This document shows, piece after piece, positions 31,369-41,361 of a stretch of DNA of 64,000 nucleotides; the stretch's first letter is position 1, and the number at the start of each line of letters is the position of its first letter. The stretch is from sequence record LR756501.1. One strand, 5' to 3'. The notes under the pieces are model-generated. The model saw only the letters and a program-made list of their open reading frames with translations, was not told the DNA's origin and did no database searches. The translations under genes and the position numbers were made by a program.

Positions 31369-34300
31369 ATGCCAATAAGTAACAAAGATTTAGGAAAGTA
31401 CAAACGTCCAGGTATTTTCATCGAAGAGATAGATCTATCGATGATTGAACGTCCAATTCAGGAAGTACTAATCAACTTAGTACCTGGCTTCTCTAAGAAG
31501 GGTCCTTTCAATAAGCCTGTTAGGGTTAATAGCCCACAGGAATTTGAGGACATTTTTGGACCAGTGGACAAAAACCTTGAAAACAAAGGTTCATACTTCC
31601 ACAGATTTGTAGAGGATATGTTGACTGTGGGTCCCGTTTGGGCACTCAATTTATTGAAGACTGATCCTACTAGAGATCAATTGGAATGGGAATCTATCTC
31701 AGTTTCAGCTCAGTACGATAACGGTCCTAAGAACTCTTCACCTTATGAAAGATTTTTCAATAGACAAGATTTCTGGGAAAGAGACGTAGAATCCTTTATG
31801 GATATTGTTGATCTAGAATTTATTGATAATCCAAATCAACCAAATCCAGCACATGATTTGTTTAGTATAACAAATATGGGGGATAAGAAAATCACATTAT
31901 GGACATTCAAATCTTCAATAACAGGATTTGACGTATCTGCTGAAAGTTGGTACGGTGGAGCTGATAAAGTTCCTTTATTCATGAACACAAAAGATTACAT
32001 CTCTGATTATATGATTAGTGTTTTATCAGTTGTAGGTGACTATACTGATTACGCAACTCTAAGTGTTGACCCATATTGGGGCAAATACTTTAACGCTAAT
32101 GGTTTAATCAAGACACAAGTTCAAAATTTTGTTAGTGATAGATTAACAACAGTTAACGCTTATTACGATGTATGTTTAATTCCAAATTTCAGAGATACAT
32201 CTGGAAGAGATATGTATATCAAGAATGTTATTAACGCAGCAACCGAGCAAACTGGTTTATTCTGTTATTACAACGAAGAATATCTGTTAAACTCAGATTT
32301 CTACAAAGGTAATATTGATACAATTGGTGCAACTTTAGTTCTTACAGAAGACGTTATTAACAATGTTATTCCAAAAACTTCAATTGATTTTATGTCTTAT
32401 AAAACCAATTTAAGTGAAAGTGTAACATACGCTGAAAAAGGATTAGATTACGTTGGGAACCCATTTGGTAACTACGACGACGATATGATAACATCATGGG
32501 TTAGTGGTAGAACAGGTCAATATACAAACTGGTACACCAACATAGCACCAACAGCAGTAACTAATATGTATTCAACTGTTATAACAGGTGTTGTTTCATC
32601 AGCTATCACATTAACAAGTGTAACAGGTGTTGAAGTTAACGATACAATCTATTTCAGTAAATCATTCGGTATCTTAGAAAAAGATTTACCATATTATGTT
32701 TTAACAATAGTTGGTAATAACATAACAATATCTAAAACCAAAGGTGGTCCAATTTTAACGGGACTTTCTTCTGGCACAAATGTTTTCGCTTATAGTTTAA
32801 AACAAAAATTCTACGATGCTATTGGAAGTTTCTCTTACAATATCAACACAGGATATACATTATCAGATAGTGTATTATTCTTAGAACCATTTGTTGTTAA
32901 CAATAGTGCACAAACATACAGTAGATATGATATTGTATATTTAAGTACAGATAATTCAACAATACATACAGTAAAAGGAAATCAAGTAACTGGTACATCA
33001 CCAAGTAAACCAAACTTCCTTTTAAGCAACGCCAATACAATCATCCTTGGTTATATGAAAATTGAATATAACTTAGTGTCTAGTGTAACTCCAACTTTTA
33101 CAAAAACTTGGACAGCAGTAACAGTAGATGAAACTAAATATTTAGTTTTAGCTGATGGTACAGACGTTTCAGCAGTATCTGGTGTAACAGTAGCTGGTAT
33201 CAAATATTTAGATCTTTATTTCTTAGGAACATCTGGATCAACAGATTATACCAACTATCTCAAATTAAGAAAATCAAAAATTTTCACCGAGATTTACACC
33301 AATTTATTAACTGGTAAATCTGTTATAATTAACAAAGCAGACGGAAGTAAATATTCTGTAACAGCTACAGTTTTTGAGGCTACAACCACATCTGACGCTC
33401 ACGTTATCATATACTTCGATAGTTTAACTGCTACAAATCCATTTAATTATTACGTAAGTGGAAGTTTCTTAATCTATTATATAGACTACGAATTAGATTT
33501 TACCCCAGGTACAAATTCATTGGACACTTTAACAACAACTAATAAACCAATTGGTTATTATTCTGGTCTTAATACTGGTATAGTTGCCAAATACTCAACA
33601 TTATACCAAGATTATTACAACGGTATAATTAATAATGGTGATTACATTTATCAAAATAACGATAGTGGAACAACAATAAAAATTTATTTGAAAATGTTCT
33701 TGAATTCAGATAAGAACTTAACAATTAAATTTGCTAGTTCTCCAGAAGGTGATCCAGATACTACATTAACTAATGTTAGTGTAAATTATCAAGACGCTAA
33801 TGGTAACATAGCTTTAATAGTTTACTCAAATAAATCAAATTACAAGCAATCACTTGAAATTGAAAACACAAGTTATATCACAGATTTTAATAATGTAAAC
33901 TATGTTTATGTTGATAAAACTAGATATTCAGAAGTAACTAAAGGCTGGTACTTAGAAGCATATTATGACGCATCATATTATGATTCCCCAGGTGAAGGTT
34001 ATATCTTAGGAGCAGTTCCAAGAAAACTTGTTCGTATAACAAAGACAGCTATCGATACTGTTAACCCAATGTTAAAAATCTTATACGCTGACGGCCCAAT
34101 TAGAATTTTAAGTAACCCAACAGGTTCAACTTACGATTACTATACCACAGCTTATATGTCGATTGATAACTATGTTGGTGAATACAATGGTTTAACATTA
34201 AAACCATTTACAGTACATCCAGATTCAATGCCAAATAACACAGACGCTAGATTAGATAGCATAATGAGTGTGTTAGATAAATCAACAAACTTAGCTAAGG

Positions 34301-35226
34301 GTTTGGCTAATAAGAACAGAATCACATGGAGATACTTAGTAGACTCCTTCGGTTTAGGTCTTACAGATTATTCTAAACAAGAATTTGTTGATCTTTGCGG
34401 TATGAAACTCAACTGTCTTGGTTTCATCAATATGCCAAGTGCAAGACAATTTAAAACATCAATCAACCCAAGTTTTATCAATGACGATAGAACTATAAAT
34501 ACTACATACATTAAAGAAGGTGGAAACCCAGACCTTAACCCAAGCTTTGAATATAGCTTCGGTAACGGTGTAGGTATGAGTTGTGTAGGTTATTTCTTCC
34601 CATATGTTAAGGACGTAAATGACGTTACCAAGTTTATACCACCTGCAGCTAAAGTATGCAAAACCTACATGAAGAAATTCACTGGTGGTTTAGGAAACGC
34701 TTATCCATGGCAAATCATAGCAGGTCCACAGTTCTCATTAATAACAGACATTTCAACAACTGAAATGAGATTTACTAATGAAGACCTCGAAAACTTCTAC
34801 GCAATGGGAGCTAACCCAATTGTTTACTCACTTAACAGAGGATATAACATCAACTCAGAAAGCTCAGCACAGGTTTATCCACTTAGCTCACTAAGTTATA
34901 TTCACTCAAGAGAAGTTCTCATCGAACTTGAAAACAGACTTTATGATATGTTACTCAACTATCATTGGAGATTTAACACTCCTGAAATTAGAGCTGAAAT
35001 CAAGTTCAGAGCAGATCAAATCTGTAAAGAACTTCTAGACTCAAATGCACTCTATGACTTCAAGAACGTTTGTGATAAAACAAACAATACTGATTACATC
35101 ATAGACTTACAAATGGGTGTACTTGATACATATATCGAAATCATCAAGGGTATGGGTATCATCGTAAACAACATCACAATCCTCAAAAAGGGTACTATCG
35201 CATCTGGTGGGTTCTTACCAGCATAA
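31369..35226 (+). CDS. contractile tail sheath protein (T4 gp18-like), enlarged
   Basis: RPGIFIEEID, VPGFSKKGPFNKPV, EDIFG N-terminus; MGANPI...LSYIHSREVLIELE...FNTPEIR C-terminus. Confidence 0.92.
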   Translation: MPISNKDLGKYKRPGIFIEEIDLSMIERPIQEVLINLVPGFSKKGPFNKPVRVNSPQEFEDIFGPVDKNLENKGSYFHRFVEDMLTVGPVWALNLLKTDPTRDQLEWESISVSAQYDNGPKNSSPYERFFNRQDFWERDVESFMDIVDLEFIDNPNQPNPAHDLFSITNMGDKKITLWTFKSSITGFDVSAESWYGGADKVPLFMNTKDYISDYMISVLSVVGDYTDYATLSVDPYWGKYFNANGLIKTQVQNFVSDRLTTVNAYYDVCLIPNFRDTSGRDMYIKNVINAATEQTGLFCYYNEEYLLNSDFYKGNIDTIGATLVLTEDVINNVIPKTSIDFMSYKTNLSESVTYAEKGLDYVGNPFGNYDDDMITSWVSGRTGQYTNWYTNIAPTAVTNMYSTVITGVVSSAITLTSVTGVEVNDTIYFSKSFGILEKDLPYYVLTIVGNNITISKTKGGPILTGLSSGTNVFAYSLKQKFYDAIGSFSYNINTGYTLSDSVLFLEPFVVNNSAQTYSRYDIVYLSTDNSTIHTVKGNQVTGTSPSKPNFLLSNANTIILGYMKIEYNLVSSVTPTFTKTWTAVTVDETKYLVLADGTDVSAVSGVTVAGIKYLDLYFLGTSGSTDYTNYLKLRKSKIFTEIYTNLLTGKSVIINKADGSKYSVTATVFEATTTSDAHVIIYFDSLTATNPFNYYVSGSFLIYYIDYELDFTPGTNSLDTLTTTNKPIGYYSGLNTGIVAKYSTLYQDYYNGIINNGDYIYQNNDSGTTIKIYLKMFLNSDKNLTIKFASSPEGDPDTTLTNVSVNYQDANGNIALIVYSNKSNYKQSLEIENTSYITDFNNVNYVYVDKTRYSEVTKGWYLEAYYDASYYDSPGEGYILGAVPRKLVRITKTAIDTVNPMLKILYADGPIRILSNPTGSTYDYYTTAYMSIDNYVGEYNGLTLKPFTVHPDSMPNNTDARLDSIMSVLDKSTNLAKGLANKNRITWRYLVDSFGLGLTDYSKQEFVDLCGMKLNCLGFINMPSARQFKTSINPSFINDDRTINTTYIKEGGNPDLNPSFEYSFGNGVGMSCVGYFFPYVKDVNDVTKFIPPAAKVCKTYMKKFTGGLGNAYPWQIIAGPQFSLITDISTTEMRFTNEDLENFYAMGANPIVYSLNRGYNINSESSAQVYPLSSLSYIHSREVLIELENRLYDMLLNYHWRFNTPEIRAEIKFRADQICKELLDSNALYDFKNVCDKTNNTDYIIDLQMGVLDTYIEIIKGMGIIVNNITILKKGTIASGGFLPA

Positions 35227-35238
35227 TTTGAAATAAAT

Positions 35239-35268
35239 ATGGAGAGATCTTCGGGTCTCTCCATTTTA
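35239..35268 (+). terminator. terminator with cUUCGg loop
   Basis: ATGGAGAGATC-TTCG-GGTCTCTCCAT plus Ts. Confidence 0.75.
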
Positions 35269-35363
35269 TAAAAAAATAACAAAATAATATCAATATATAT
35301 CTGAGGAACAATAGCAATATTAATATATACTAGAAAAGATATAAAAAAATAATAATAAAAAAC

Positions 35364-35957
35364 ATGGGATTAGGACATTTTACCAACGTAGCAACAGCAA
35401 CAAATATGTGGGAACCAGTATTTAAGAGTTTGTTTGAAATTCAAATTGACTTACCCCCACTTATCAATTTAGGGCCTGATATCAAATCGATTTTAATAGA
35501 GAACGCCACAAGTGTACCTCTACCATCATACCCAAAAATTGAAGTAAAACCACAAAGGTTTAAATACTCAACTCGTATCTACCCAACACTACCAGGTCAA
35601 ACTCACTTAACAGAACAACAAATTAAATTCAATTTGAACGAATCTGTAAACGTGAGACAAAACGTAAGTGGTGTAGTAGCAGGTAGAGTTCCAGTATTTA
35701 GAGCAATAAAAGACTGGTACGACCTCATTTGGAACAACGAAACAGGCCAATTAAACTACAAAGGAAACTTAGTAGGAACTGTTACAATCGACCAACACGA
35801 TAAGGAAGGACTAGTCGTAAGACGTGTTATATGGCATAACGCTTTTATAACAGGATTCTCAGGTTGGGACGAAGGTCTCTCATGGGAATCAGTAACAGAA
35901 ATCCACGATCTAACCGCGAGCTTCGCTCTCGATTACTGGGAGGACTTCTACTATTGA
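35364..35957 (+). CDS. tail tube protein (T4 gp19-like)
   Basis: Follows sheath; EPVFKSLFEI...WYDLIWN...G...K...TIDQHDKEG...SFALDYWED. Confidence 0.85.
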   Translation: MGLGHFTNVATATNMWEPVFKSLFEIQIDLPPLINLGPDIKSILIENATSVPLPSYPKIEVKPQRFKYSTRIYPTLPGQTHLTEQQIKFNLNESVNVRQNVSGVVAGRVPVFRAIKDWYDLIWNNETGQLNYKGNLVGTVTIDQHDKEGLVVRRVIWHNAFITGFSGWDEGLSWESVTEIHDLTASFALDYWEDFYY

Positions 35958-36056
35958 TAAATAGTTGATTATCAATCACTTATGATACAATAAAAATTAT
36001 AAGAAAATTACTGAGAGGACCGCTTTATTTTTATATAAGAATAAAGCGGTTTTATC

Positions 36057-36713
36057 ATGTTATATAAAAAATGTAGATTGTGTGGTGAAATGAAAGAAAT
36101 AACGGAATTTCACAAGAAAAATGGAGCACCAGATGGTGTACGTAATGAATGTAAAGAATGTGTTAAAATTTATTTGAAGAAGTGGAAAGACACTCCCGAA
36201 TATAAACAACGAGAAAAAGAATATGATGATAAAAGGTATTCTGAAAAAAGGGAAAAAATTCTCGAAAGAAAGAAAGAACATTATCAAGAGAATAGAGACA
36301 AATTATTAGCTTATAAAAAAGAATACAGAAGCACTGATGAATATAAAGAACACAACAAAAAATGGAGATCCGATAATAAAATCAGATTGGATCAACTCCA
36401 AGCTAATTATAGAGAAAAATATCCACATGTGATAGCTTGGAGATCTATACTCCACTCAACGTTAAATAGATTAGGTAAACAAAAAGAAGGGCACACAATA
36501 TTAATGTTAGGTTATTCAGCATTAGAATTAAAGGAACACATAGAAAAACAATTCCTTGAAGGGATGACTTGGGATAATCACGGTGAATGGCATATTGATC
36601 ACATAAAAGCTGTAACAAATTTTTCAAATATAGCATCTATAAAAGAAGTTTGTGCTTTAACTAATCTACAACCTTTGTGGGCTTTTGATAATAGAAGTAA
36701 AAACAGACATTAA
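36057..36713 (+). mobile_element. free-standing HNH endonuclease
   Basis: CRLC...ECKEC zinc motif, basic helical linker, GMTWDNHGEWHIDHIK...NLQPLWAFDNRSK. Confidence 0.8.
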
Positions 36714-36744
36714 ACTTTTTTAATCTTTTACTATATAAATATTT

Positions 36745-36885
36745 ATGAGAAAAATTATACACTTCTTCATATTCATTTTCCTTTTGTCTTTATTGGTATC
36801 GTGTATGCCACAAAATAAATGTTCGGCTTACGGTGAGAAACAGAGGTACCAAAGGCCACCTACTTATTGGAATCAAAAAAGATAA
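36745..36885 (+). CDS. small lipoprotein (46 aa, not in ORF track)
   Basis: MRKIIHFFIFIFLLSLLVS-CMPQNKCSAYGEKQRYQRPPTYWNQKR; lipobox-like LVSC. Confidence 0.6.
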   Translation: MRKIIHFFIFIFLLSLLVSCMPQNKCSAYGEKQRYQRPPTYWNQKR

Positions 36886-36893
36886 ACAAAATT

Positions 36894-37370
36894 ATGCATG
36901 ATCCTAAAAGTTTAGCAGATCTTAAAAACATGAGATCTACCGTTGATAATATAAATTTAGTTAATAAAAACAAATTATCCAAACTTGATAAAATTGCCAT
37001 GTGGATCACAAAGAATGTTGGCACAATGGGGTTTTTTATAATTATTTTTATTTGGACAGTTTTTTGGATAAGTTGGAATTCTTTATCTCCAATTCAATAT
37101 AGATTTGATCCATATCCAGCATTTGTATTATGGTTATTTATTTCTAATATGATACAGATATTTCTTATGCCTTTAATTATGATAGGGCAAAATATACAAG
37201 GTAATTATTCTGAATTAAGGGCTGAAGCTGATTATCAAATAGATACTAAAGCTGAAAGAGAAATTGAGGCTATACTGATGCATCTGGAAAATCAAAACGA
37301 AATAATATTGAAAATTCTTGAAAAATTAGAAAAAGAAATAGAAAAAGAGGACAGGCCGCCACTCCTTTAA
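36894..37370 (+). CDS. DUF1003-like membrane protein
   Basis: KIAMWITKNVGTMGF, FDPYPAF, PLIMIGQN, RAEADY; start moved to ATG 36894. Confidence 0.8.
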   Translation: MHDPKSLADLKNMRSTVDNINLVNKNKLSKLDKIAMWITKNVGTMGFFIIIFIWTVFWISWNSLSPIQYRFDPYPAFVLWLFISNMIQIFLMPLIMIGQNIQGNYSELRAEADYQIDTKAEREIEAILMHLENQNEIILKILEKLEKEIEKEDRPPLL

Positions 37371-37417
37371 TATATAATATTGAAAGGAACAACCTATAAA
37401 AAAAAAGTAAACAAAAA

Positions 37418-38347
37418 ATGGAAGAAAAAAAGGACGCATTAGAGAAATTTATTTCAGAATCAACAAAACCAACACAAACACAAATTATTCAAGAAGAGCC
37501 TCTAGTTGGAGGTGGTAATACACTAAATTATATTACAGTAGATTTGAGTGTACTCCCAGCAGGAGCATTCTACAAACCAGGTACAGTAGTTATGATTAGG
37601 GCAGCTTCTGTATCAGAGGTACAAGCTTATTCTGCTGTAGATGATCAAAATTTTCTTGACGTTACAGACAAGATGAATGAAATGCTTGGACGTTGTGTTA
37701 GAATTAAACACCCAGGTGGACTAGTAGGAACATATAAAGATTTGAAAGATAACGATAGATTATTCTTAATCTTTATGATTAGAGAGTTAACGTTCCAAAA
37801 GAATAGTAATTTAGCTAAAGATGTTACTTGTGGAAATTGTAAACACGAATTTAAAATTCAGTTTAGATCAACACCAGGACCAGACAGTCCAAAGACATTT
37901 TCAAATTACGAAATGGACCCAGAACTCGAGCCGTATTTCAACAAACAAGATAGAACATTTGATTTTGTTTTAGGTGAAAAATTATGGAAATTGGCTCCAC
38001 CATGTATTAGTCTTCAAGAAATTTTCTTTAAGAATATTAAAGAGAAGGTAACTGCTGATAAGACACCAAACGTATCATTCTTGAAAATTATACCATTTAC
38101 TCTTTGGGATAGAAAATCTATTACAGAAGACGGTATTAAAGCCAAGGAAGAAGAATTTAAGAATTTAGATATGGACACCTTCTTATTCTTAGATGAAGTA
38201 GTAAGTAAGATGTTATTTGGTATCAAGGAATTGAAAATGAGCTGCCCAGTGTGTGGTGAGGAGGTCCACACGGATATGACGTTTCCCAAGGGGGCCTCAA
38301 GTATTTTCAAACCAGGTATTAAGTTACTCGATAGACTCAAGAAGTAA
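37418..38347 (+). CDS. baseplate hub/tail assembly chaperone (T4 gp26-like)
   Basis: LPAGAFY...IRAASVSE, DRLFLIFMIRELT, CGNC and CPVCG motifs. Confidence 0.7.
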   Translation: MEEKKDALEKFISESTKPTQTQIIQEEPLVGGGNTLNYITVDLSVLPAGAFYKPGTVVMIRAASVSEVQAYSAVDDQNFLDVTDKMNEMLGRCVRIKHPGGLVGTYKDLKDNDRLFLIFMIRELTFQKNSNLAKDVTCGNCKHEFKIQFRSTPGPDSPKTFSNYEMDPELEPYFNKQDRTFDFVLGEKLWKLAPPCISLQEIFFKNIKEKVTADKTPNVSFLKIIPFTLWDRKSITEDGIKAKEEEFKNLDMDTFLFLDEVVSKMLFGIKELKMSCPVCGEEVHTDMTFPKGASSIFKPGIKLLDRLKK

Positions 38348-38426
38348 AATAGAAGATTTCGAAAAGTCTGTATTCTCAGTCTTTACAGTTTCTTGGGAAA
38401 ATTTAACAGGAAATAAATTCGAATTC

Positions 38427-38651
38427 ATGAACCAACTTCAAATGCCTACTGTTGTTGTAGATGGTTGGCCATATTACGAATTTGAAAGATATATAAAACT
38501 GTTGAATGAAAAGAATGAAAATGAAAAGAAACGACACGAGGACAGTGAAAAGAACCAACCTAATATGCCTAATATGAATAGTATAGGAAATCTAGCTAAA
38601 AGCTTTAATCCATCAAATTATAAGCTACCTAATTTTAACTCCCCATTCTAA
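38427..38651 (+). CDS. gp51-like small chaperone ORF, probably extended upstream by frameshift
   Basis: WPYYEFERYIKLL; frame open back to 38280 with no ATG/GTG/TTG. Confidence 0.55.
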   Translation: MNQLQMPTVVVDGWPYYEFERYIKLLNEKNENEKKRHEDSEKNQPNMPNMNSIGNLAKSFNPSNYKLPNFNSPF

Positions 38652-38668
38652 AAATGGGGTTTTTTTAT
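38638..38668. terminator. bidirectional terminator
   Basis: CCCCATT-CTAAA-AATGGGG plus T run at a convergent junction. Confidence 0.7.
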
Positions 38669-39265
38669 TTTATCTAAAATGTTATTTACATTATCTTTCC
38701 AATCTTCTTCCGTGTTAATAACAAAATCTGAATTCTTTATTTTATAATCCTGATTCATAAGTTTATTTAACCTATTATCTATTTCTTCATCAGTATAATT
38801 ATTCCTGTGTTTCAATCTTTTCCTTATAGTATCGATATTAGCGTAAACACAAATAATATAATCGTAATCTTTTTCCACTTTATGCTCGAAAATTAAAGCT
38901 GATTCGTAAAAGATAATCTTCTCACTTTTATGCTTTTCTACAAAATCATACCAATCTTGTCTTAAATGAACTTTGAATATCTTATTTAATTTATCTAACT
39001 CGTTCTTATCATTAAATACTATATTAGCAATATATTTAGTGTTATAAACACCATCTTTATATGATTCTTCACCGAACTCTTTTATTATATCATTTTTCAA
39101 TTCATTATTTCTATTGGCTATACTTTTAGCTTCGACGTCACTATAATAAACTGTATAACCTTTATTCTGTAAATATTTACAAACGGTTGATTTACCAGAA
39201 GCTATACCACCAGTAATGGCTACTGTTACAGGTTTATTAATAAAAGATTCGAATGTTATTATCAT
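38648..39265 (-). CDS. coaE: dephospho-CoA kinase
   Basis: VAITGGIASGKSTV, YYSDVEAK, FYESALIFE, DFVINT; N-terminal MIITFESFIN extension. Confidence 0.9.
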   Translation of the reverse strand: MIITFESFINKPVTVAITGGIASGKSTVCKYLQNKGYTVYYSDVEAKSIANRNNELKNDIIKEFGEESYKDGVYNTKYIANIVFNDKNELDKLNKIFKVHLRQDWYDFVEKHKSEKIIFYESALIFEHKVEKDYDYIICVYANIDTIRKRLKHRNNYTDEEIDNRLNKLMNQDYKIKNSDFVINTEEDWKDNVNNILDKIKKPHF

Positions 39266-39711
39266 AATCCTTTTCTAATTTGAGTTGAGCTTATATTTTC
39301 CACGTCTTTTGTGGCTATCATATAAATAGTTTCTATTTCTGGAGCAACTCCTTTATTATAATTATCAACTGCTTTTTCCCAGGTAAAATCTTTTTCGTCT
39401 CTCATTCCTCTCAACATATATTTAGCACCTATCTTCTTACAGAAATCAACTGTTAATCCGTTGTAAGATTCTACTATTATTTTAGGATTATTAATCTTAC
39501 TTTTTATGATCTCTTTTCTTTCTTCAATAGTATAATGTCCTTTCTTATCTTCATTTATACCTATAGCCACTACTATTTTATCGAAGAGTGGAAGGAATCT
39601 TTCAACTAATTGAATATGACCGTCGTGCACTGGATCGAATGAACCTGGAAAAACGGCGATTCTATCACCGTATTTAAATTTCTCGTTATATGATTTTATT
39701 CTCATAGACAT
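39262..39711 (-). CDS. coaD: phosphopantetheine adenylyltransferase
   Basis: IAVFPGSFDPVHDGH, LRGMRD..DF..E, ISSTQIR. Confidence 0.92.
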   Translation of the reverse strand: MSMRIKSYNEKFKYGDRIAVFPGSFDPVHDGHIQLVERFLPLFDKIVVAIGINEDKKGHYTIEERKEIIKSKINNPKIIVESYNGLTVDFCKKIGAKYMLRGMRDEKDFTWEKAVDNYNKGVAPEIETIYMIATKDVENISSTQIRKGL

Positions 39712-39776
39712 TATATATAAAATTACGAATTTAGATTTTAAAAATGGAGAATTTTATTTTTATATATAGCCATAAG

Positions 39777-40676
39777 ATGAAAACTTTTAATCAATTTATC
39801 AATGAAGGCAAACTAGGACCAGGTTCAAGAGCAGAAACCGCAGGTAAGTTCATGGGTAGAGCTAAAGACGATAAATACGCAGATGAAGTCTTCAACGAAA
39901 TGATAAAAGACTACGAAGAAAGCGGTAAAAATCTTAAAAAGATTCATATTTCATCTAGGTTTAGTACAATGAGATATTATTTTGGAACTACAAGGTGGGA
40001 CGCTGGTAACAGGAAAGTTGGAGATAAAGAAGTAAGAGTCAACGCCGTTAATAATACTGGTGCTTTATTCGAAATTCTTGAATGGCACGAGAATCCAAAA
40101 CACGATCCAAATTACCAGATGGATGTTGATATTGAATGGGAAGGTAACTTTCCACATGTAATTAGAAGAAATGATAATCAGGATAATAGAGATAAAATGA
40201 GAATCTATGATCAGTACGAAGAACAATTTTATATTTCAAGAAATCTTGCTAGAAAAATGATTATTTATTTTGCTAACGAGTACGATAAACAATACCCACA
40301 ATTAAAGAATAATCAAGAAGGCAGAAGTTATTGGCAAATTAAAGCCATAGAAAATGGTGAAAAAATAAGAATTGGATGGGTTGATCAATTTGCTAAGAAC
40401 GGTGTTGAGTGTATATTTGACGTATTTGAACCAGGCGAAAAAGAAAAATATGAAAAATGGATTAAAAACAGTTTTGCTGTAAAGACAAAAAGTAAAGACG
40501 GTTATCCTATAACATTTTGTTATCCAGCACCAGATATAGATGTTGATAAAGTGGTTGATCCTTATGGGGAAGAGGAATGGGGAGATGATTCAGAACAAGG
40601 TGTAATAGAGTGGTTAAACACGTTAACTAAAAAAGAGATTGAAGAAAAAATTCAAAAAGAAATAAACAAATACTAA
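39777..40676 (+). CDS. CTS-like and DPYGEEEW protein
   Basis: Start moved to ATG 39777 giving MKTFNQFINE (T4 IPII/IPIII CTS is MKTYQEFIAE); DPYGEEEW at 40557-40580. Confidence 0.8.
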   Translation: MKTFNQFINEGKLGPGSRAETAGKFMGRAKDDKYADEVFNEMIKDYEESGKNLKKIHISSRFSTMRYYFGTTRWDAGNRKVGDKEVRVNAVNNTGALFEILEWHENPKHDPNYQMDVDIEWEGNFPHVIRRNDNQDNRDKMRIYDQYEEQFYISRNLARKMIIYFANEYDKQYPQLKNNQEGRSYWQIKAIENGEKIRIGWVDQFAKNGVECIFDVFEPGEKEKYEKWIKNSFAVKTKSKDGYPITFCYPAPDIDVDKVVDPYGEEEWGDDSEQGVIEWLNTLTKKEIEEKIQKEINKY

Positions 40677-40696
40677 AAAATAATAACAAAAGTGAG

Positions 40697-40978
40697 ATGG
40701 GAACGATCGTCAAGACATACGAAGAGTGGGGATTTTTTAAAAAGGAATTGACCCCAGATGAAGAATATCAAAAACAAAAAAAACAAGCTTTAAGAGATAA
40801 GGTGAAACCAGGTAACGCCCCTGAAGTAGAACCAGGTGAAGATGAAGATAAAGAACAAGAAGATAGACAAATGAATAGAAGAGAAGTTAACAAGATTAGA
40901 AATCTCAAAAATGACGATTACGGTGAAGAATTTTGGGAGGACGAAGCAGGAGATAAAAACACAAAATCACCTTGTTAA
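40697..40978 (+). CDS. CTS-like protein with DDYGEEFW variant
   Basis: MGTIVKTYEEW; N-terminus paralogous to 41362-41580. Confidence 0.7.
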   Translation: MGTIVKTYEEWGFFKKELTPDEEYQKQKKQALRDKVKPGNAPEVEPGEDEDKEQEDRQMNRREVNKIRNLKNDDYGEEFWEDEAGDKNTKSPC

Positions 40979-40995
40979 AAATTAATTAAAATGTT

Positions 40996-41361
40996 ATGGC
41001 AGATTTAAAAAGATTCGAAGAATTCGAATATAATGAAGAAGAAGATGACGAGGCGGTCCAATTCAAAGAAGGAGACAAAGTTGTATATCTTAGACCCGGT
41101 TATAAGCACGATAACGAAGTAGGTACAATTAGACGTGTTCGTAAAGACGGTAGATATAGTATTTTATTAGACGACGATACTCATTTCGCAGCTAGTGCTG
41201 AATACGTTTTCCCTTCTTCAAAGAAGAGAAAAGTGAAAAAGAACGATAGAGTTTATAACGATTACGACGATTGTGGCCAAGGTGGCGGTGGTTGTGGTGG
41301 TGGTTATCGTCCAGCCGACTACGGTGGTTGTGGTGGTGGTAGAAATAATAATTATTGCTAA
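40996..41361 (+). CDS. CTS-like, KOW/SH3-like domain and Gly/Cys-rich tail
   Basis: MADLKRFEEF; FKEGDKVV...GTI..V...YSILLD; GGCGGG twice. Confidence 0.7.
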   Translation: MADLKRFEEFEYNEEEDDEAVQFKEGDKVVYLRPGYKHDNEVGTIRRVRKDGRYSILLDDDTHFAASAEYVFPSSKKRKVKKNDRVYNDYDDCGQGGGGCGGGYRPADYGGCGGGRNNNYC

